From: Pseudomonadota bacterium
GTDB taxonomy: Bacteria; Pseudomonadota; Alphaproteobacteria; 16-39-46
DNA length: 62,553 bases
Reading direction: 5' to 3'
NCBI GenBank assembly: GCA_018242545.1
Contig: JAFEBT010000003.1
Coordinates: 1-62,553 of the forward strand
Positions 1 to 9,827 of this stretch are shown here, piece by piece. The notes under the pieces were generated by a model. The model was not told where the DNA came from, ran no database searches, and saw nothing but the letters and a program-made list of their open reading frames with translations. The stretch's first letter is position 1, and every line of letters starts with the position of its first letter. Both the position numbers and the translations under genes were made by a program.

Positions 1-246
1 GGTGCTGCTTGGCATAAGGGGACGCACCTTGTTGTTCCAGCTAACATAGAAATCATGATCTTGCCTCCTTATTGTCCAGAGCTGAATCCGGTGGAAAAGC
101 TTTGGCAATTCCTCAAAAATCGTACGATTAAAAATAAGATATTCAGCACATTAGAAGAGCTCGAGCAAACTTTAATCGAAACTTTAAATGCTTTAACGCG
201 GCAGCTTATTGCTTCCATTTGCAGAACATCATACTTGTTATTTTAA
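1..246 (+). mobile_element. IS630-family (Tc1/mariner-like DDE) transposase, 3' fragment running off the left edge
   Basis: Frame 1 is open from nt 1. GAAWHKGTHLVVPANIEIMILPPYCPELNPVEKLWQFLK matches the characteristic LPPYSPELNPIE-LW block of IS630 transposases. Confidence 0.8.
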
Positions 247-450
247 TTTATGGAAATAGTATAACAACGCAGAAAGCTCTTCAACATGCCTTTCATGATC
301 CTCTTGGAATTCAGTTAATTTGTCTTTATAAGTCTGATTTTCGAGTCTTTCTATTGCAGCTTTATAAGCTTCAATTGCATCATAATCTAATTCTAAAAGA
401 GATTTTAAAGCATCCGAAAATTTTGTTTGGGTTCCCACTAATGTTGCCAT
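238..450 (-). pseudogene. Ferritin-like four-helix-bundle protein, apparently C-terminally truncated by the IS630 copy
   Basis: LELDYDAIEAYKAAIERLEN..FQEDHERHVEEL resembles the N-terminal half of small ferritin-like proteins as I recall them. The ORF is only 70 aa and its last codons overlap the transposase 3' end (238-246). Confidence 0.45.
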
Positions 451-1244
451 AATATGCTCCTTTCAAAAAATAATTAAATTATAAGTTTATTCATATGATG
501 AACTTAAAAAATTAGTCTTTTGACTCCTTTAAAAATAAAACAAAGATGGACCTTTGGCATACTTATAAGAAGGTGAAAAGATATCTTAGCTTAATACTAT
601 TTTATATTTTCTTGAAAAAATTCTTATTTATTCGTAAAAAACTTAATTCTAAATGCCGGCATAAATTTCAGTTTTTTGATGGAAATTGAATAAATGTATT
701 TTCTCAAAAAAACTTACTACAAATTTAGGGTATCTTAAAAAAAAACCACCTAACAAGTCCCTTCTTTATATATTTCATATAAATTTAACACGCGTGTAAA
801 ATGTAGATCTAAAAAAAGCGTCTTTAAGATTTCTATCATTCCAAAAATTCCTTTTTTGTATGCATAAGTGGTAATATAATTTACCTATTTATATAGGAAA
901 GTGGAAAGAAATATTTCCAGAAAGGACTCTTTAGGGTGCATGTATATAACCAAAATGATATCTCTCAAAAATACTAGAAAAAATTATATTTTTTGCCTGC
1001 TCCATAATACAAATAACGGATGAGGCTGGATATTTGGTCAAATTTCTATTATTTTTTTATTTACTTAAAGCCCCTCTTTTAATCGATTTAGTCGCATCCA
1101 ACTCGATGCGTGAATTGGTCGACCTTTTGTAGAGTCAGAAGATTATTCTAAGAAGACGACAAAAAATTATAATTAAAAGCCCAACTCTCTTTACTTCCCT
1201 ATCCCTTTTTTGTAGAAGGAGGGAAAGAAAAGAAAGGCGAGATA

Positions 1245-2054
1245 ATGATGCTCACAGAAGAAATACTCTTTAGAGAACTTAAAAAATCACCTTATCTTCC
1301 GATTAAATTTCCCATTTCTCGATATCAGCTTGAAGAAGCAGCCTCCTCTTTTTTAAAATTCTTAGAACTTCCTGAAAATCTTAAAACGCATATTGACTTA
1401 AAAATTGCACCTCTCCATCGACGTGGTGACATTGGCTTTAAACATCGTGATTCGGCAGCTGATATCTATAATGACACAAAAGATTTTTTTCACTTCCATC
1501 CCCTTATCTTTGAAAAATATGGTTCTTTTTTAAATGAAAATTCTGTCATTCAGGACTTTTTGACAAAAGCAAATCTTATTTGGACTGCAACCCATTCCGT
1601 TGTGAAAGAGCTTATGGGATTAATAGACCAGCGCTTTCCAGGAACAACTCAAAAGGTATTTGACACCGATCATGTCCACATCTTATTACGTTTTTTAAAA
1701 TACGATTGGAAAGAATGTGGGAAATATCTTGCAAAACCTCATTTTGATGCAGGTTCCTTCACCTTAGCAATTGCTGAAAGCTGCCCAGGATTAAGAATTG
1801 GCAAAGGCCCCGATGATCTAAAAATCATAAACCATCAAGAAGATCATGCTCTTTTTATGATCTCAAGTAATTTTAAGAAAACTATTAATACCAATGAGCT
1901 TTCTCCAGCATGGCACGACGTTATTCAATGCAATGAGACACAAATTGGACAACCCTTTTCAAGATGGGCGATTGTTGCTTTTATTGATGCCGCGAATGTC
2001 GAAGCTCTCGACAAGTCCGAAACCCATAAATGGCCTGTTGTTGACCTCTCCTAA
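1245..2054 (+). CDS. 2OG-Fe(II) oxygenase superfamily protein (isopenicillin N synthase-like)
   Basis: KPHFDAGSFTLAIAESCPGLRIG gives an H-x-D motif followed by the typical GL+hydrophobic strand, with a later WHDV as candidate distal His. GGAGGGAAAG lies upstream of the ATG. Confidence 0.55.
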   Translation: MMLTEEILFRELKKSPYLPIKFPISRYQLEEAASSFLKFLELPENLKTHIDLKIAPLHRRGDIGFKHRDSAADIYNDTKDFFHFHPLIFEKYGSFLNENSVIQDFLTKANLIWTATHSVVKELMGLIDQRFPGTTQKVFDTDHVHILLRFLKYDWKECGKYLAKPHFDAGSFTLAIAESCPGLRIGKGPDDLKIINHQEDHALFMISSNFKKTINTNELSPAWHDVIQCNETQIGQPFSRWAIVAFIDAANVEALDKSETHKWPVVDLS

Positions 2055-2065
2055 AGAGGGCTAAC

Positions 2066-4195
2066 TTATTTGTTACCTTCTTTTTCAATTTTTGAAAAAT
2101 CCGCGAGCTTCTCAAATAAATTCACAACGGATTTTAAAAGACGATGTCTATTTTCACGAAGAATTGCATCGGGAGAATTCACTTGAACTTCTTCAAAAAA
2201 AGAATGAAGCGTTGGTGCAAGATTTGAGAGAATTAAAAAAGCTTGTTTAAAGTGAGCATCTTTTTTATGAAAATCACCTTTCTCAAACGCGTCTTGAGCA
2301 TTTTGTAAATGGTTCCAAAGTTCTAATTCAGAAGCCTCTTGAAACATTTCTCTTTGAGGACTTTCTGAGAGATCAAAAGAGCTCTCTTTTAAGATGTGGC
2401 TTGCACGGCGATAAACTGTTAAGAAGGTTTCTCCTTCCTCTGACTTAAGAAAGGAGTCAAGGGCCTCTGACAGAAAACATGTCCGCGGAATATTATCTGA
2501 CCAAGAGGCTGTCAAACACGCAGCAACACGATCTTGAGAAATACCTTGCTCTTTTAAGCTTACCTTCAACCTTTCTTCGAAGAATTCTAAAAGTTTTTGA
2601 CATGTTTTGGGCGTATCAAAATCTATTTTTCCTTGATTTTGATAAGCTTCTAAAACAAACGTCATAAGTTTCTTGAGAGAAACTTCAAGATGATTATGAC
2701 GCAACAGACGAATCACACCAAGAGCTGCGCGCCTTAAAGCAAAAGGATCTTTGGATCCCGTTGGGAACAGACCAAGTCCAAAAAAACCAACCAACGTATC
2801 GATTCTGTCTGCTAAAGCAAGAATAATAGACGTTATTCTTTCCTGAGCATTCTCAAAAGTCATTCCGAGCTCATATTGTTCTCTAATTGCCGCACAGACT
2901 TCTTTTGCTTCACCTTGGAAAGCAGCATAATAAGATCCCATAATCCCTTGTAATTCAGGAAATTCTTCCACCATTGTACTGACAAGATCAGCTTTTGCGA
3001 GTTCACCAGCACGCGCACAATGTTTTAAAATATCATTCTCTTTTAAGCTTCTCTTTTCTAAAATATAAGCGCCAAAAGAGCCACCACATAAAACTTTTAA
3101 CCTTTCCGACTTATCATAGAGTGACCCAAGCTTATTTTGAAACACGCGCGTTTTTAATTGTACCAGCATATGATCTAAAGAGGTTTTTTGATCTTGTTCC
3201 CAAAAAAACAAAGCATCCGATAAACGTGCTCTTAAGACACTTTCGTTGCCTTTTTGAATGATCGTTTTTGCAGATTCTGGAGAAAACCCATTCGTAACGA
3301 CCACAAAGAAAGGTTCTAAGGCTTGTTCTTCAGGTTTTTTAAGAGAAAAATAACGCTGATGAACCTTCATAGACGTTGTGAGTACTTCCCGTGGTAATTT
3401 CATAAAGTCTTTTTCAATTTCTCCTAATAAAGGAATAGGCCATTCGACAAGACCTGTAATTTCTTCAAGCAAATCTTCATCTGCCACGACTTGAAAATTC
3501 CGATCTTGCGTAATTTTGAGAACATCTTTCCAGATTTTTTCTTTGCGCTTTTTTTGGTCAAGAAGGACAAAATGTTCTTCAAGCTTCTTTGAATACTCTT
3601 CAAAAGAATGAACTTCAAAAGAATTGGGACTTAGGAATAAATGCCCCCGTGTTGTATTCGAGGATGTCACACGCCAAGCACCTTCTCCTATGGTTATTGG
3701 AATAATTTGATCCTCAAAAAGCGCGAGCAGACCTCTTATTGGACGGACCCAAGAAAGATCTTGCGCTCCCCAACGCATGGATTTTGGCCAAGGAAAATTC
3801 TTAATAAGGCGTTCTATGATTGGGCCTAAAAGATCTTGCACCTTTTTTCCTTTTTCAAAAGAGCGATAAATCCAAAAAGACCCTTTGGGACTTTCTTGGA
3901 GGTGGCATTCCTCAAGTGTCTTAATTCCTTGAGATTTTAAAAATCCTTCAACCGCTTGTCTGGGAGCATCCATGCGTGGCCCACGAATCTCTTTTTCAAA
4001 ATTATCTTGGGATTCTGGCAAACCCGTTACAACAGCCACCAATCGGCGTGGGGATACATATGTGGTAATATCTTTAAAAGAAAGCCTTTCTTCTTTTAAG
4101 GCATTCCCTAAAAGATTTTTTAAATTTTCACAGGCATCCTCTTGCATGCGCGCTGGAATTTCTTCAGATAAAATTTCAAAAAAAAATGTTTTCAT
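2066..4195 (-). CDS. glyS: Glycine--tRNA ligase beta subunit
   Basis: 709 aa. N-terminus MKTFFFEILSEEIPARMQ and the overall layout are typical of GlyS, and it sits directly downstream of glyQ. Confidence 0.95.
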   Translation of the reverse strand: MKTFFFEILSEEIPARMQEDACENLKNLLGNALKEERLSFKDITTYVSPRRLVAVVTGLPESQDNFEKEIRGPRMDAPRQAVEGFLKSQGIKTLEECHLQESPKGSFWIYRSFEKGKKVQDLLGPIIERLIKNFPWPKSMRWGAQDLSWVRPIRGLLALFEDQIIPITIGEGAWRVTSSNTTRGHLFLSPNSFEVHSFEEYSKKLEEHFVLLDQKKRKEKIWKDVLKITQDRNFQVVADEDLLEEITGLVEWPIPLLGEIEKDFMKLPREVLTTSMKVHQRYFSLKKPEEQALEPFFVVVTNGFSPESAKTIIQKGNESVLRARLSDALFFWEQDQKTSLDHMLVQLKTRVFQNKLGSLYDKSERLKVLCGGSFGAYILEKRSLKENDILKHCARAGELAKADLVSTMVEEFPELQGIMGSYYAAFQGEAKEVCAAIREQYELGMTFENAQERITSIILALADRIDTLVGFFGLGLFPTGSKDPFALRRAALGVIRLLRHNHLEVSLKKLMTFVLEAYQNQGKIDFDTPKTCQKLLEFFEERLKVSLKEQGISQDRVAACLTASWSDNIPRTCFLSEALDSFLKSEEGETFLTVYRRASHILKESSFDLSESPQREMFQEASELELWNHLQNAQDAFEKGDFHKKDAHFKQAFLILSNLAPTLHSFFEEVQVNSPDAILRENRHRLLKSVVNLFEKLADFSKIEKEGNK

Positions 4196-4202
4196 AGGAA
4201 TC

Positions 4203-5075
4203 TCATTTTAAAGGCTCTTGAGACGCAACCCAAGCTTCACAACAAGCCCGTGCAAGATCGCGAACCCGTGCAATATAGGCCGCACGTTCCACAACACTTA
4301 TTTTGCCACGTGCATCTAAGAGATTAAATATATGGCTTGCCTTAACACAATAATCATAAGCTGGTGTAACGAGGCCCTTCTCAAGAAGAGCGCGTGTTTC
4401 ACATTCAGCATCTTCAAAACCTTTGAGTAAAAAGTTTGTATTCGCAAATTCAAAGTTAAAAGCAGAAAACTCTTTTTCGCGTCTCAAAAAAATATCCCCA
4501 TAAGTTATTTCTTGATCCCCTCTTCCGCCATTCCAATTTAACTCATAAACAGAATTTTTGCCTTGTAAAATGAGCGCAATACGCTCAAGCCCATAGGTAA
4601 GCTCCACCGAAACAGGATCACAAGGGAGACTTCCCATATATTGAAAATATGTAAATTGACTAATTTCTTGGCCGTTGCACCAAACTTCCCACCCCAATCC
4701 GGAAGCTCCTAAGGTGGGACTTTCCCAATCATCTTCAACAAACCGAATATCGTTTTCAGTGAGAGAAAAACCAATTTCTTTTAAACTTTCAAGATAAAGT
4801 TCTTGAGAATTTAGAGGAGAAGGCTTTAAGATCACTTGAAATTGATGAAAAGCCTGAAGCCGATTGGGGTTTTCCCCATACCGTCCATCGGAAGGCCTTC
4901 GAGAGGGCTGAACAAAAGCAGCGTTCCAAGGTTCTTTTCCGAGCGTTTTAAGCGTGGTTGCCCAATGAAATGTCCCAGCCCCCATTTCAAGGTCATAGGG
5001 CTCTAAAATAGCGCACCCTTGCCGCCCCCAAAAAGCTTTTAATTTGAAAATAAGATCTTGAAAAGAAAGGCTCAC
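4203..5075 (-). CDS. glyQ: Glycine--tRNA ligase alpha subunit
   Basis: 290 aa. [33 protein letters not shown] and [19 protein letters not shown] are highly conserved GlyQ blocks. Confidence 0.95.
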   Translation of the reverse strand: MSLSFQDLIFKLKAFWGRQGCAILEPYDLEMGAGTFHWATTLKTLGKEPWNAAFVQPSRRPSDGRYGENPNRLQAFHQFQVILKPSPLNSQELYLESLKEIGFSLTENDIRFVEDDWESPTLGASGLGWEVWCNGQEISQFTYFQYMGSLPCDPVSVELTYGLERIALILQGKNSVYELNWNGGRGDQEITYGDIFLRREKEFSAFNFEFANTNFLLKGFEDAECETRALLEKGLVTPAYDYCVKASHIFNLLDARGKISVVERAAYIARVRDLARACCEAWVASQEPLK

Positions 5076-5370
5076 ATCATTTCCTTTTTAAGCGTTATTT
5101 AAAACAAAAAGACTTAAGAAGAGAGAATTGATTTGTCTTTAGAAAATTAAAAATATTTCTCAAAGCCATCTCTTTTAAAATTTTCCTCTCCAACCAAACC
5201 AGAATTTGCATTTAAATTGCATATATCCTCAAAAGTCCATCTGTAAGATAGTTCAAAGTCTATGATCTTTCAATGAAATAAGATTTTTTTTGCACATGTT
5301 CGAAAAAAGTCATATGAGGATGACATTTCTTGTCTCTCTTCTAAGAGACATCTTAACAATAAAAAATTTT

Positions 5371-6327
5371 TCAATGCTTTGATCCTTCTGCCGCACGCCT
5401 TAATCTGTCATTGATCGCTTGTCCCAATCCCTGTTCAGGAATAGATTGCACGGCAATTCCTGTAATATCCTTCTGGCGATCTAAGAGATGTAAAAAGGCA
5501 AAAAGGTTCTGCGCTGCTTCTTCTAAACTTTCTGTCTCACTCAAATTAAAAGAGACTTTATATCCTAAAAGGGGCTTTCCAAAAGCAAGAAGTCCTTCAT
5601 TTGGATTAACATTTTCCACATTAAGTCTCAAAGGAAGTCGCGGCGCATAATGTCTTAAGAGCTGTCCAGGAGCGGTAATTTTAGAAACTTTTTGAAGCTT
5701 AGAAATCTTCTGTCCCAAACACGCTTCAATTTTCTCTTTCTCAAGCCCCCCTTCTCTTAAAAGAATTGGCGTCTCTTCCGAAAGATCGAGGATAGTCGAC
5801 TCTAATCCTACCTCAATTGGTGAACTATCTAGAACCATGCTAAGTTTTGATTGAAAATCTTCTAAAACATGATGGGCTCGCGTTGGTGATAAAAAACCAG
5901 ATCGGTTCGCACTCGGCGCTGCAATAGGGCGGCCAAAAGCCTTTAAAAGTGCGCGCGCTGTGGCGTGAAGAGGAACGCGAAGGGCTACAGTTTCAAGTCC
6001 AGCGGTTACAATTTCTGATAAAGGAGAGGTTTTCTTTTTTTTTAAAACGAGCGTCAAAGGCCCTGGCCAAAATTGGTCCGCTAATTTTTGAGCTTCTTTC
6101 CCAAAAAAAGCGAGACCTTCTGCCTGCTCTTTGTCAAAACAATGGACGATAAGAGGGTTAAAGGTAGGACGGCCTTTAAGTGTATAAATTTTCTGACAGG
6201 CTTTGTCCTGAAAGGCATCCGCTCCGAGGCCATAAACCGTCTCTGTAGGAAAAGCAACGAGTTCAGCTTCTTTTAAAAGCAGAGCGGCTTTTTGAATGTT
6301 TTCAAACGTTGAAGGAAAAAGAGACAT
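5371..6327 (-). CDS. tsaC: L-threonylcarbamoyladenylate synthase, long Sua5-type
   Basis: YrdC-domain blocks FPTETVYGLGADAF, KGRPTFNPLIVH and SANRSG, plus a C-terminal Sua5 extension. 318 aa. Confidence 0.9.
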   Translation of the reverse strand: MSLFPSTFENIQKAALLLKEAELVAFPTETVYGLGADAFQDKACQKIYTLKGRPTFNPLIVHCFDKEQAEGLAFFGKEAQKLADQFWPGPLTLVLKKKKTSPLSEIVTAGLETVALRVPLHATARALLKAFGRPIAAPSANRSGFLSPTRAHHVLEDFQSKLSMVLDSSPIEVGLESTILDLSEETPILLREGGLEKEKIEACLGQKISKLQKVSKITAPGQLLRHYAPRLPLRLNVENVNPNEGLLAFGKPLLGYKVSFNLSETESLEEAAQNLFAFLHLLDRQKDITGIAVQSIPEQGLGQAINDRLRRAAEGSKH

Positions 6328-6348
6328 TATCTATCCTAAAAAAGACCT

Positions 6349-6939
6349 CTACCGATTATCTTCCAAAGAAATAACACCTGCACCCCTTAAAAGATTTCGT
6401 GTCTCGTAAAGGGGAAGACCTAAAATAGCTGTATAAGACCCATTTATCCGCTTTACAAAACTTCCTGCAATGCCTTGGATTGCATATCCTCCTGCTTTTC
6501 CAAATCCTTCATGACTCTTTATATACATTTCTTTTTCAAGAGCCTCAAGCCGCTTAAAGCATACGCGTGTTTCAACAACGCGTCGCCAAACCTTTTCCTC
6601 AGGAGAAATCAAACAAAGCGCTGTGTAAACACGATGACTTTTTCCAGAAAGCAAATCAAGGCATTGGCGGGCCTCTTCTTCTGAAGAGGGAGCTGCAACA
6701 ATGCGGCGTCCACAAGCAACGACTGTATCTGCCCCGAGAACAAATCCTGGAAGCCCTTTTTGATCTCTAAAAATTTTCCAAGCTTTTTCGAATGCAAGTC
6801 TTTCGGAAAGATTCTTTGGAAGTTCTTTTTTTAAAGGGATTTCATCAAGGCCCGCCGGAATAACTTCAAAGTTATCAATACCTATTGATTTTAAAAGGTC
6901 ACGGCGCCTTGGGGAGCTTGACGCTAAAATAAGCTTCAT
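6349..6939 (-). CDS. maf: Maf-like nucleoside triphosphate pyrophosphatase
   Basis: MKLILASSSPRRRDLLKSIGI, GADTVV and GKAGGYAIQG are canonical Maf motifs. Confidence 0.9.
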   Translation of the reverse strand: MKLILASSSPRRRDLLKSIGIDNFEVIPAGLDEIPLKKELPKNLSERLAFEKAWKIFRDQKGLPGFVLGADTVVACGRRIVAAPSSEEEARQCLDLLSGKSHRVYTALCLISPEEKVWRRVVETRVCFKRLEALEKEMYIKSHEGFGKAGGYAIQGIAGSFVKRINGSYTAILGLPLYETRNLLRGAGVISLEDNR

Positions 6940-6942
6940 TGC

Positions 6943-7161
6943 TTATTTCTCACGGAAAGAAATGCGTCCTTTGGTCAAATCATAGGGAGTCATCTCAACC
7001 ATCACACGATCCCCAACAAGAACACGAATTCTATTTTTACGCATTTTACCCGACGTATGGGCAAGAACAATGTGTTCATTATCCAGTTGCACACGAAACA
7101 TAGCATTTGGCAAAAGCTCAATTACCACTCCTTGAAATTCCATCAAATCTTCTTTGGACAT
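6943..7161 (-). CDS. infA: Translation initiation factor IF-1
   Basis: 72 aa. [43 protein letters not shown] is near-canonical IF-1. Confidence 0.95.
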   Translation of the reverse strand: MSKEDLMEFQGVVIELLPNAMFRVQLDNEHIVLAHTSGKMRKNRIRVLVGDRVMVEMTPYDLTKGRISFREK

Positions 7162-7395
7162 TCTATCCTTTCTCTCTTAGCATCATAAAATATAAATATC
7201 TTTTTAGTATAAGAAACATCTTGAATTTTCCTAGTAAAATCAATTTTAAAGAGAAAAAATACGAGAAAATTTTAAAAAAATACCCATTTATGTCGCTAAA
7301 ATGCCGTTAATTTCTCTTCTTAAGAAATATTTTTTCATCTTTAAACAAAAAGAACAGGAAAGCCCTTAATTTTATCACACATCGAATAAGACTCT

Positions 7396-7436
7396 TAAAA
7401 AAAAGCACGATTTTCTTTCGTGCTTTCTTTTTTAAT
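7396..7436 (-). terminator. Rho-independent terminator (bidirectional shape) after the 178-aa terminal gene
   Basis: Stem agcacga (7404-7410) pairs with tcgtgct (7418-7424) around a 7-nt loop. An A-run precedes it and a T-run follows, so the minus strand reads hairpin plus T8. Confidence 0.6.
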
Positions 7437-7446
7437 ATTCCTCTTT

Positions 7447-8021
7447 TTAAAATTTATCAATATCCATCGGAGCTTCAAATAAAAAAGCAGAAAGAGGCGT
7501 ATATTGTATCGTTAAAAGATGATGAGGATCTTCAGGAACAGCGCCTTCTATTTTAACCACTTTTCCTATAAAAGAGCCTTCATCATTTGGAGATACAAAA
7601 TTAAATCTTCCTCTTGCTTCCTCCTCAAGTCGTTCTCTTGGCACAGGCCCAAGCCCAGCAGGTGCCCGAGGTCCCCCTTCCTCAATAGCCCAATATGTAT
7701 GTGAAACTTCCGGGGAAACCTTAGAAAGAAAATGCTGCAAGAATTGCTGACTTGTTGCAGAAAAGAAAAGATCTAAAAATCCGTCTCTCACCTCACGCAT
7801 TGGCGTCAAAGTAATAGAAAAACGGCATCCAACTGGAAATTTCTTATTAGGATCCCAAGCTGCATCATTTTCTTTCGTATAGACTCGTTTTAAAGAAGGT
7901 CCATCTCTTGTTGTTTCATAAGTTACCCCTAATATATCATCTCTTGTTTTAACACCTTGAACAGCATTCAGGGAAAAGACCAAACATCCAAAAAATATAA
8001 TTAAAAAACACGTTTAAACAT
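7447..8021 (-). pseudogene. Terminal-gene paralogue T1 (178-aa ORF 7447-7983) with an out-of-frame signal-peptide start
   Basis: The intact ORF starts at TTG 7983. An ATG at 8019-8021 reads MFKRVF then TAA. One extra base in the A6/T6 run at 8003-8008 would give MFKRVFLIIFFGCLVFSLNAVQG, a signal peptide, in frame. Paralogue of 22574-23165. Confidence 0.6.
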
Positions 8022-8169
8022 TTCCAATCTCCGATAAAATTTATAATCTCTTTTTACCCTATAGAGCTTTTCTTCTCTTTTCAATGCAAAAACAAGTATG
8101 TAAGAGTTCATAACAAATGAGACAAAAATCTCAACGAGCTCAAAGAGAAGAAAGTTGAATATACTGCAA

Positions 8170-8400
8170 AGGGGGGAGATCTTTCAAGTTACGATGAGGT
8201 CTGTAAGAGTTATATTTTGATAAAGCTTTGCGCAGAGCGGATTCCATGCCTCTGACAGAATCCTCAAGAAGATCTGATCGATTAAAAATTCTTCTCAAAA
8301 AACTCTATTAGCGCGTTCAACACCCCTGTTATATTGAAGTTTTTTAGGAGTAAGAACAATAAAGGGAATAGAAAGCTCAGAATATGCAATCCTTTGATCT
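8170..8400 (-). mobile_element. Degraded remnant of an rve-type (DDE integrase) transposase C-terminus
   Basis: Minus-strand translation reads LTPKKLQYNRGVERANRVF*EEFLIDQIFLRILSEAWNPLCAKLYQNITLTDLIVT*KISP. This follows the P-x-x-x-Q-x-NGKVER-x-NR-x-x-x-EEF...W...YN...RPH pattern but has two in-frame stops. Confidence 0.5.
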
Positions 8401-8565
8401 GCATAAAAGGCCTCCAAAGTTAGGGTTTTAAGACATTCCTATCTTAGAGGCCTTTTTGATCATAGAAAAGAGGGATGATCGTCGCTACGGTGCTATTTAA
8501 TGCGCGCTCCGCTCATCCCTCTTTTGTCTCATATGTGTTTGAACTCGGACATTCTTTAAATACTG

Positions 8566-9588
8566 CTACGACACACTATCATTTATATACCTTTCAACAA
8601 AAGCGTTCCATTCACTTTCTGAAATGCTTTCTCTAGGAATAAAAATCTCACTCTCTTCCCTAAAGTTCGGATCTTTCAATATTTCACTTGCTAGGCCTGC
8701 GGAAAGATTTCCTATCTCAATTATCCCATTATTATACCTGATAGAAGAAGCACCAAATTCTGCTAATTTTTGCTCAAACTCAAAGTTAAGAACCGCTGTT
8801 TTTATCCTAAGTCCAATGGAGGCATTAATCGGCAGTATTGTAAGTACATTCTTCAATAAAACCGGATCATAAATATGCGTCGCACCAGATCCATAATCAA
8901 TGCCCCAAAGATGAGCCCCTGATCTAATATCATATACTTCTTCCCCCATTTTCCCGACATTAAAGCTGAGCGCCCCAGCCAAAAATCTGTAGTCAACTTT
9001 TTTATCTTGAGGGAAAAATTTATTTAAGGTGTCAAAATCTTTTCCTCCTTTTTTTCCAAAAAAAGAAAACTGGCCCTTAACACCTTCCGAACGTTTATCT
9101 TTTAAAAATTTCTCAACTGAAAAAGCAGATAAATTATACTCATTACTTCCATTTCTTCCTCCAAACTCAGAAATAAGTTTCATGGCTTGAGGCGTAGAAC
9201 TTTTATCCAATTGAATATCATAGTAGACGTCACTTCTTATCTCATCATAGCTCGCTTCATACACATTTCTAAAAGCCTTAAGATCCGAACTCTTAAATTG
9301 AATTCCTTTCTCACTTCGAAATAATTCTGTCCATTTCTTTTGGCTTTGTTTTAGGTTTTCAAAAAATTTATGGCGGCTTCTTATCTTTCCAACTTCAAGG
9401 TCATGCCCAAAGTGAGAATCAGTTCTATTTTCTTTCTTTCTTTTTGGATTTTCTCCTGAAGCAACTAAAAAAGAGCTGAATACCATAAAAACTCCAAGAA
9501 AAGTTATTGTTACTTTATTGATTCTTATCATTGATCTTCTCGCCTGTTGTTTGTTCATTTCTTTCAAGTTTGGTTTTAATACTTTCAA
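8566..9588 (-). CDS. Secreted array paralogue m1 (closest to m12 and m3)
   Basis: The family leader MIRINKVTITFLGVFMVFSS starts at internal Met 21, so the likely true start is 9528. FFENLKQSQKKWTELFRSEKGIQFKSSD aligns with FFNNLKNKSKKWTEGFRTENGVHIRSSD of 24351-25388. Confidence 0.75.
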   Translation of the reverse strand: MKVLKPNLKEMNKQQARRSMIRINKVTITFLGVFMVFSSFLVASGENPKRKKENRTDSHFGHDLEVGKIRSRHKFFENLKQSQKKWTELFRSEKGIQFKSSDLKAFRNVYEASYDEIRSDVYYDIQLDKSSTPQAMKLISEFGGRNGSNEYNLSAFSVEKFLKDKRSEGVKGQFSFFGKKGGKDFDTLNKFFPQDKKVDYRFLAGALSFNVGKMGEEVYDIRSGAHLWGIDYGSGATHIYDPVLLKNVLTILPINASIGLRIKTAVLNFEFEQKLAEFGASSIRYNNGIIEIGNLSAGLASEILKDPNFREESEIFIPRESISESEWNAFVERYINDSVS

Positions 9589-9591
9589 AAA

Positions 9592-9717
9592 TCACTTACC
9601 CGCATGTGAAATCTGATTCTCTATGCCTTCTTCTTTCCCGGCTTCTAGACCTGAAAAGCAACCGATTGTAAACATCATCATCCCAATACCTGAGACCTTT
9701 TTATTTATATGTTTCAT
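9592..9717 (-). CDS. Possible 41-aa secreted or lipoprotein-like peptide (below the ORF-track cutoff)
   Basis: My own translation is MKHINKKVSGIGMMMFTIGCFSGLEAGKEEGIENQISHAGK. GGAGAAA lies upstream of the ATG and IGC is lipobox-like. It may instead be a gene remnant. Confidence 0.3.
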   Translation of the reverse strand: MKHINKKVSGIGMMMFTIGCFSGLEAGKEEGIENQISHAGK

Positions 9718-9827
9718 TATATTTCTCCCTGTTGTTTAAGCCCTTGTTATTGTTTTATTTCTTTTATATTTTGAGACTTTTGAATGAATGTTTTATCCTG
9801 CCTTACCTTTTTCATTAACCAATTTTT

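Noticed and set aside
480-1244. A 760-bp AT-rich non-coding stretch, including small palindromes such as acacgcgtgt near 800 and cgcatc..gatgcg near 1093-1110, considered as a possible RNA gene, origin or CRISPR-like repeat region.
   Set aside because: I could find no repeated spacer-repeat periodicity, no DnaA-box-like clusters and no conserved RNA core. I cannot support any call from sequence alone.
2479-4211. Several 60-90 aa plus-strand ORFs inside glyS (2479-2667, 2995-3261, 3641-3829, 3972-4211). Similar antisense ORFs lie inside the array and the PNPase-like gene, for example 13313-13711, 14010-14411 and 19150-19563.
   Set aside because: They lie antisense to long ORFs that have strong family signatures. 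They have no recognisable motifs or ribosome-binding sites, and this is the expected shadow-ORF behaviour in AT-rich DNA.
4178-6043. Systematic homopolymer sequencing error as the sole explanation for the frameshifts in array, T1/T2 and GNAT-like genes.
   Set aside because: It is not fully excluded but it is disfavoured. 9-nt runs inside glyS (4178-4186) and tsaC (6035-6043) are in frame, no core gene in 62 kb is frameshifted, and one of the lesions is in a run of only 3 nt. Read-level data are still needed.
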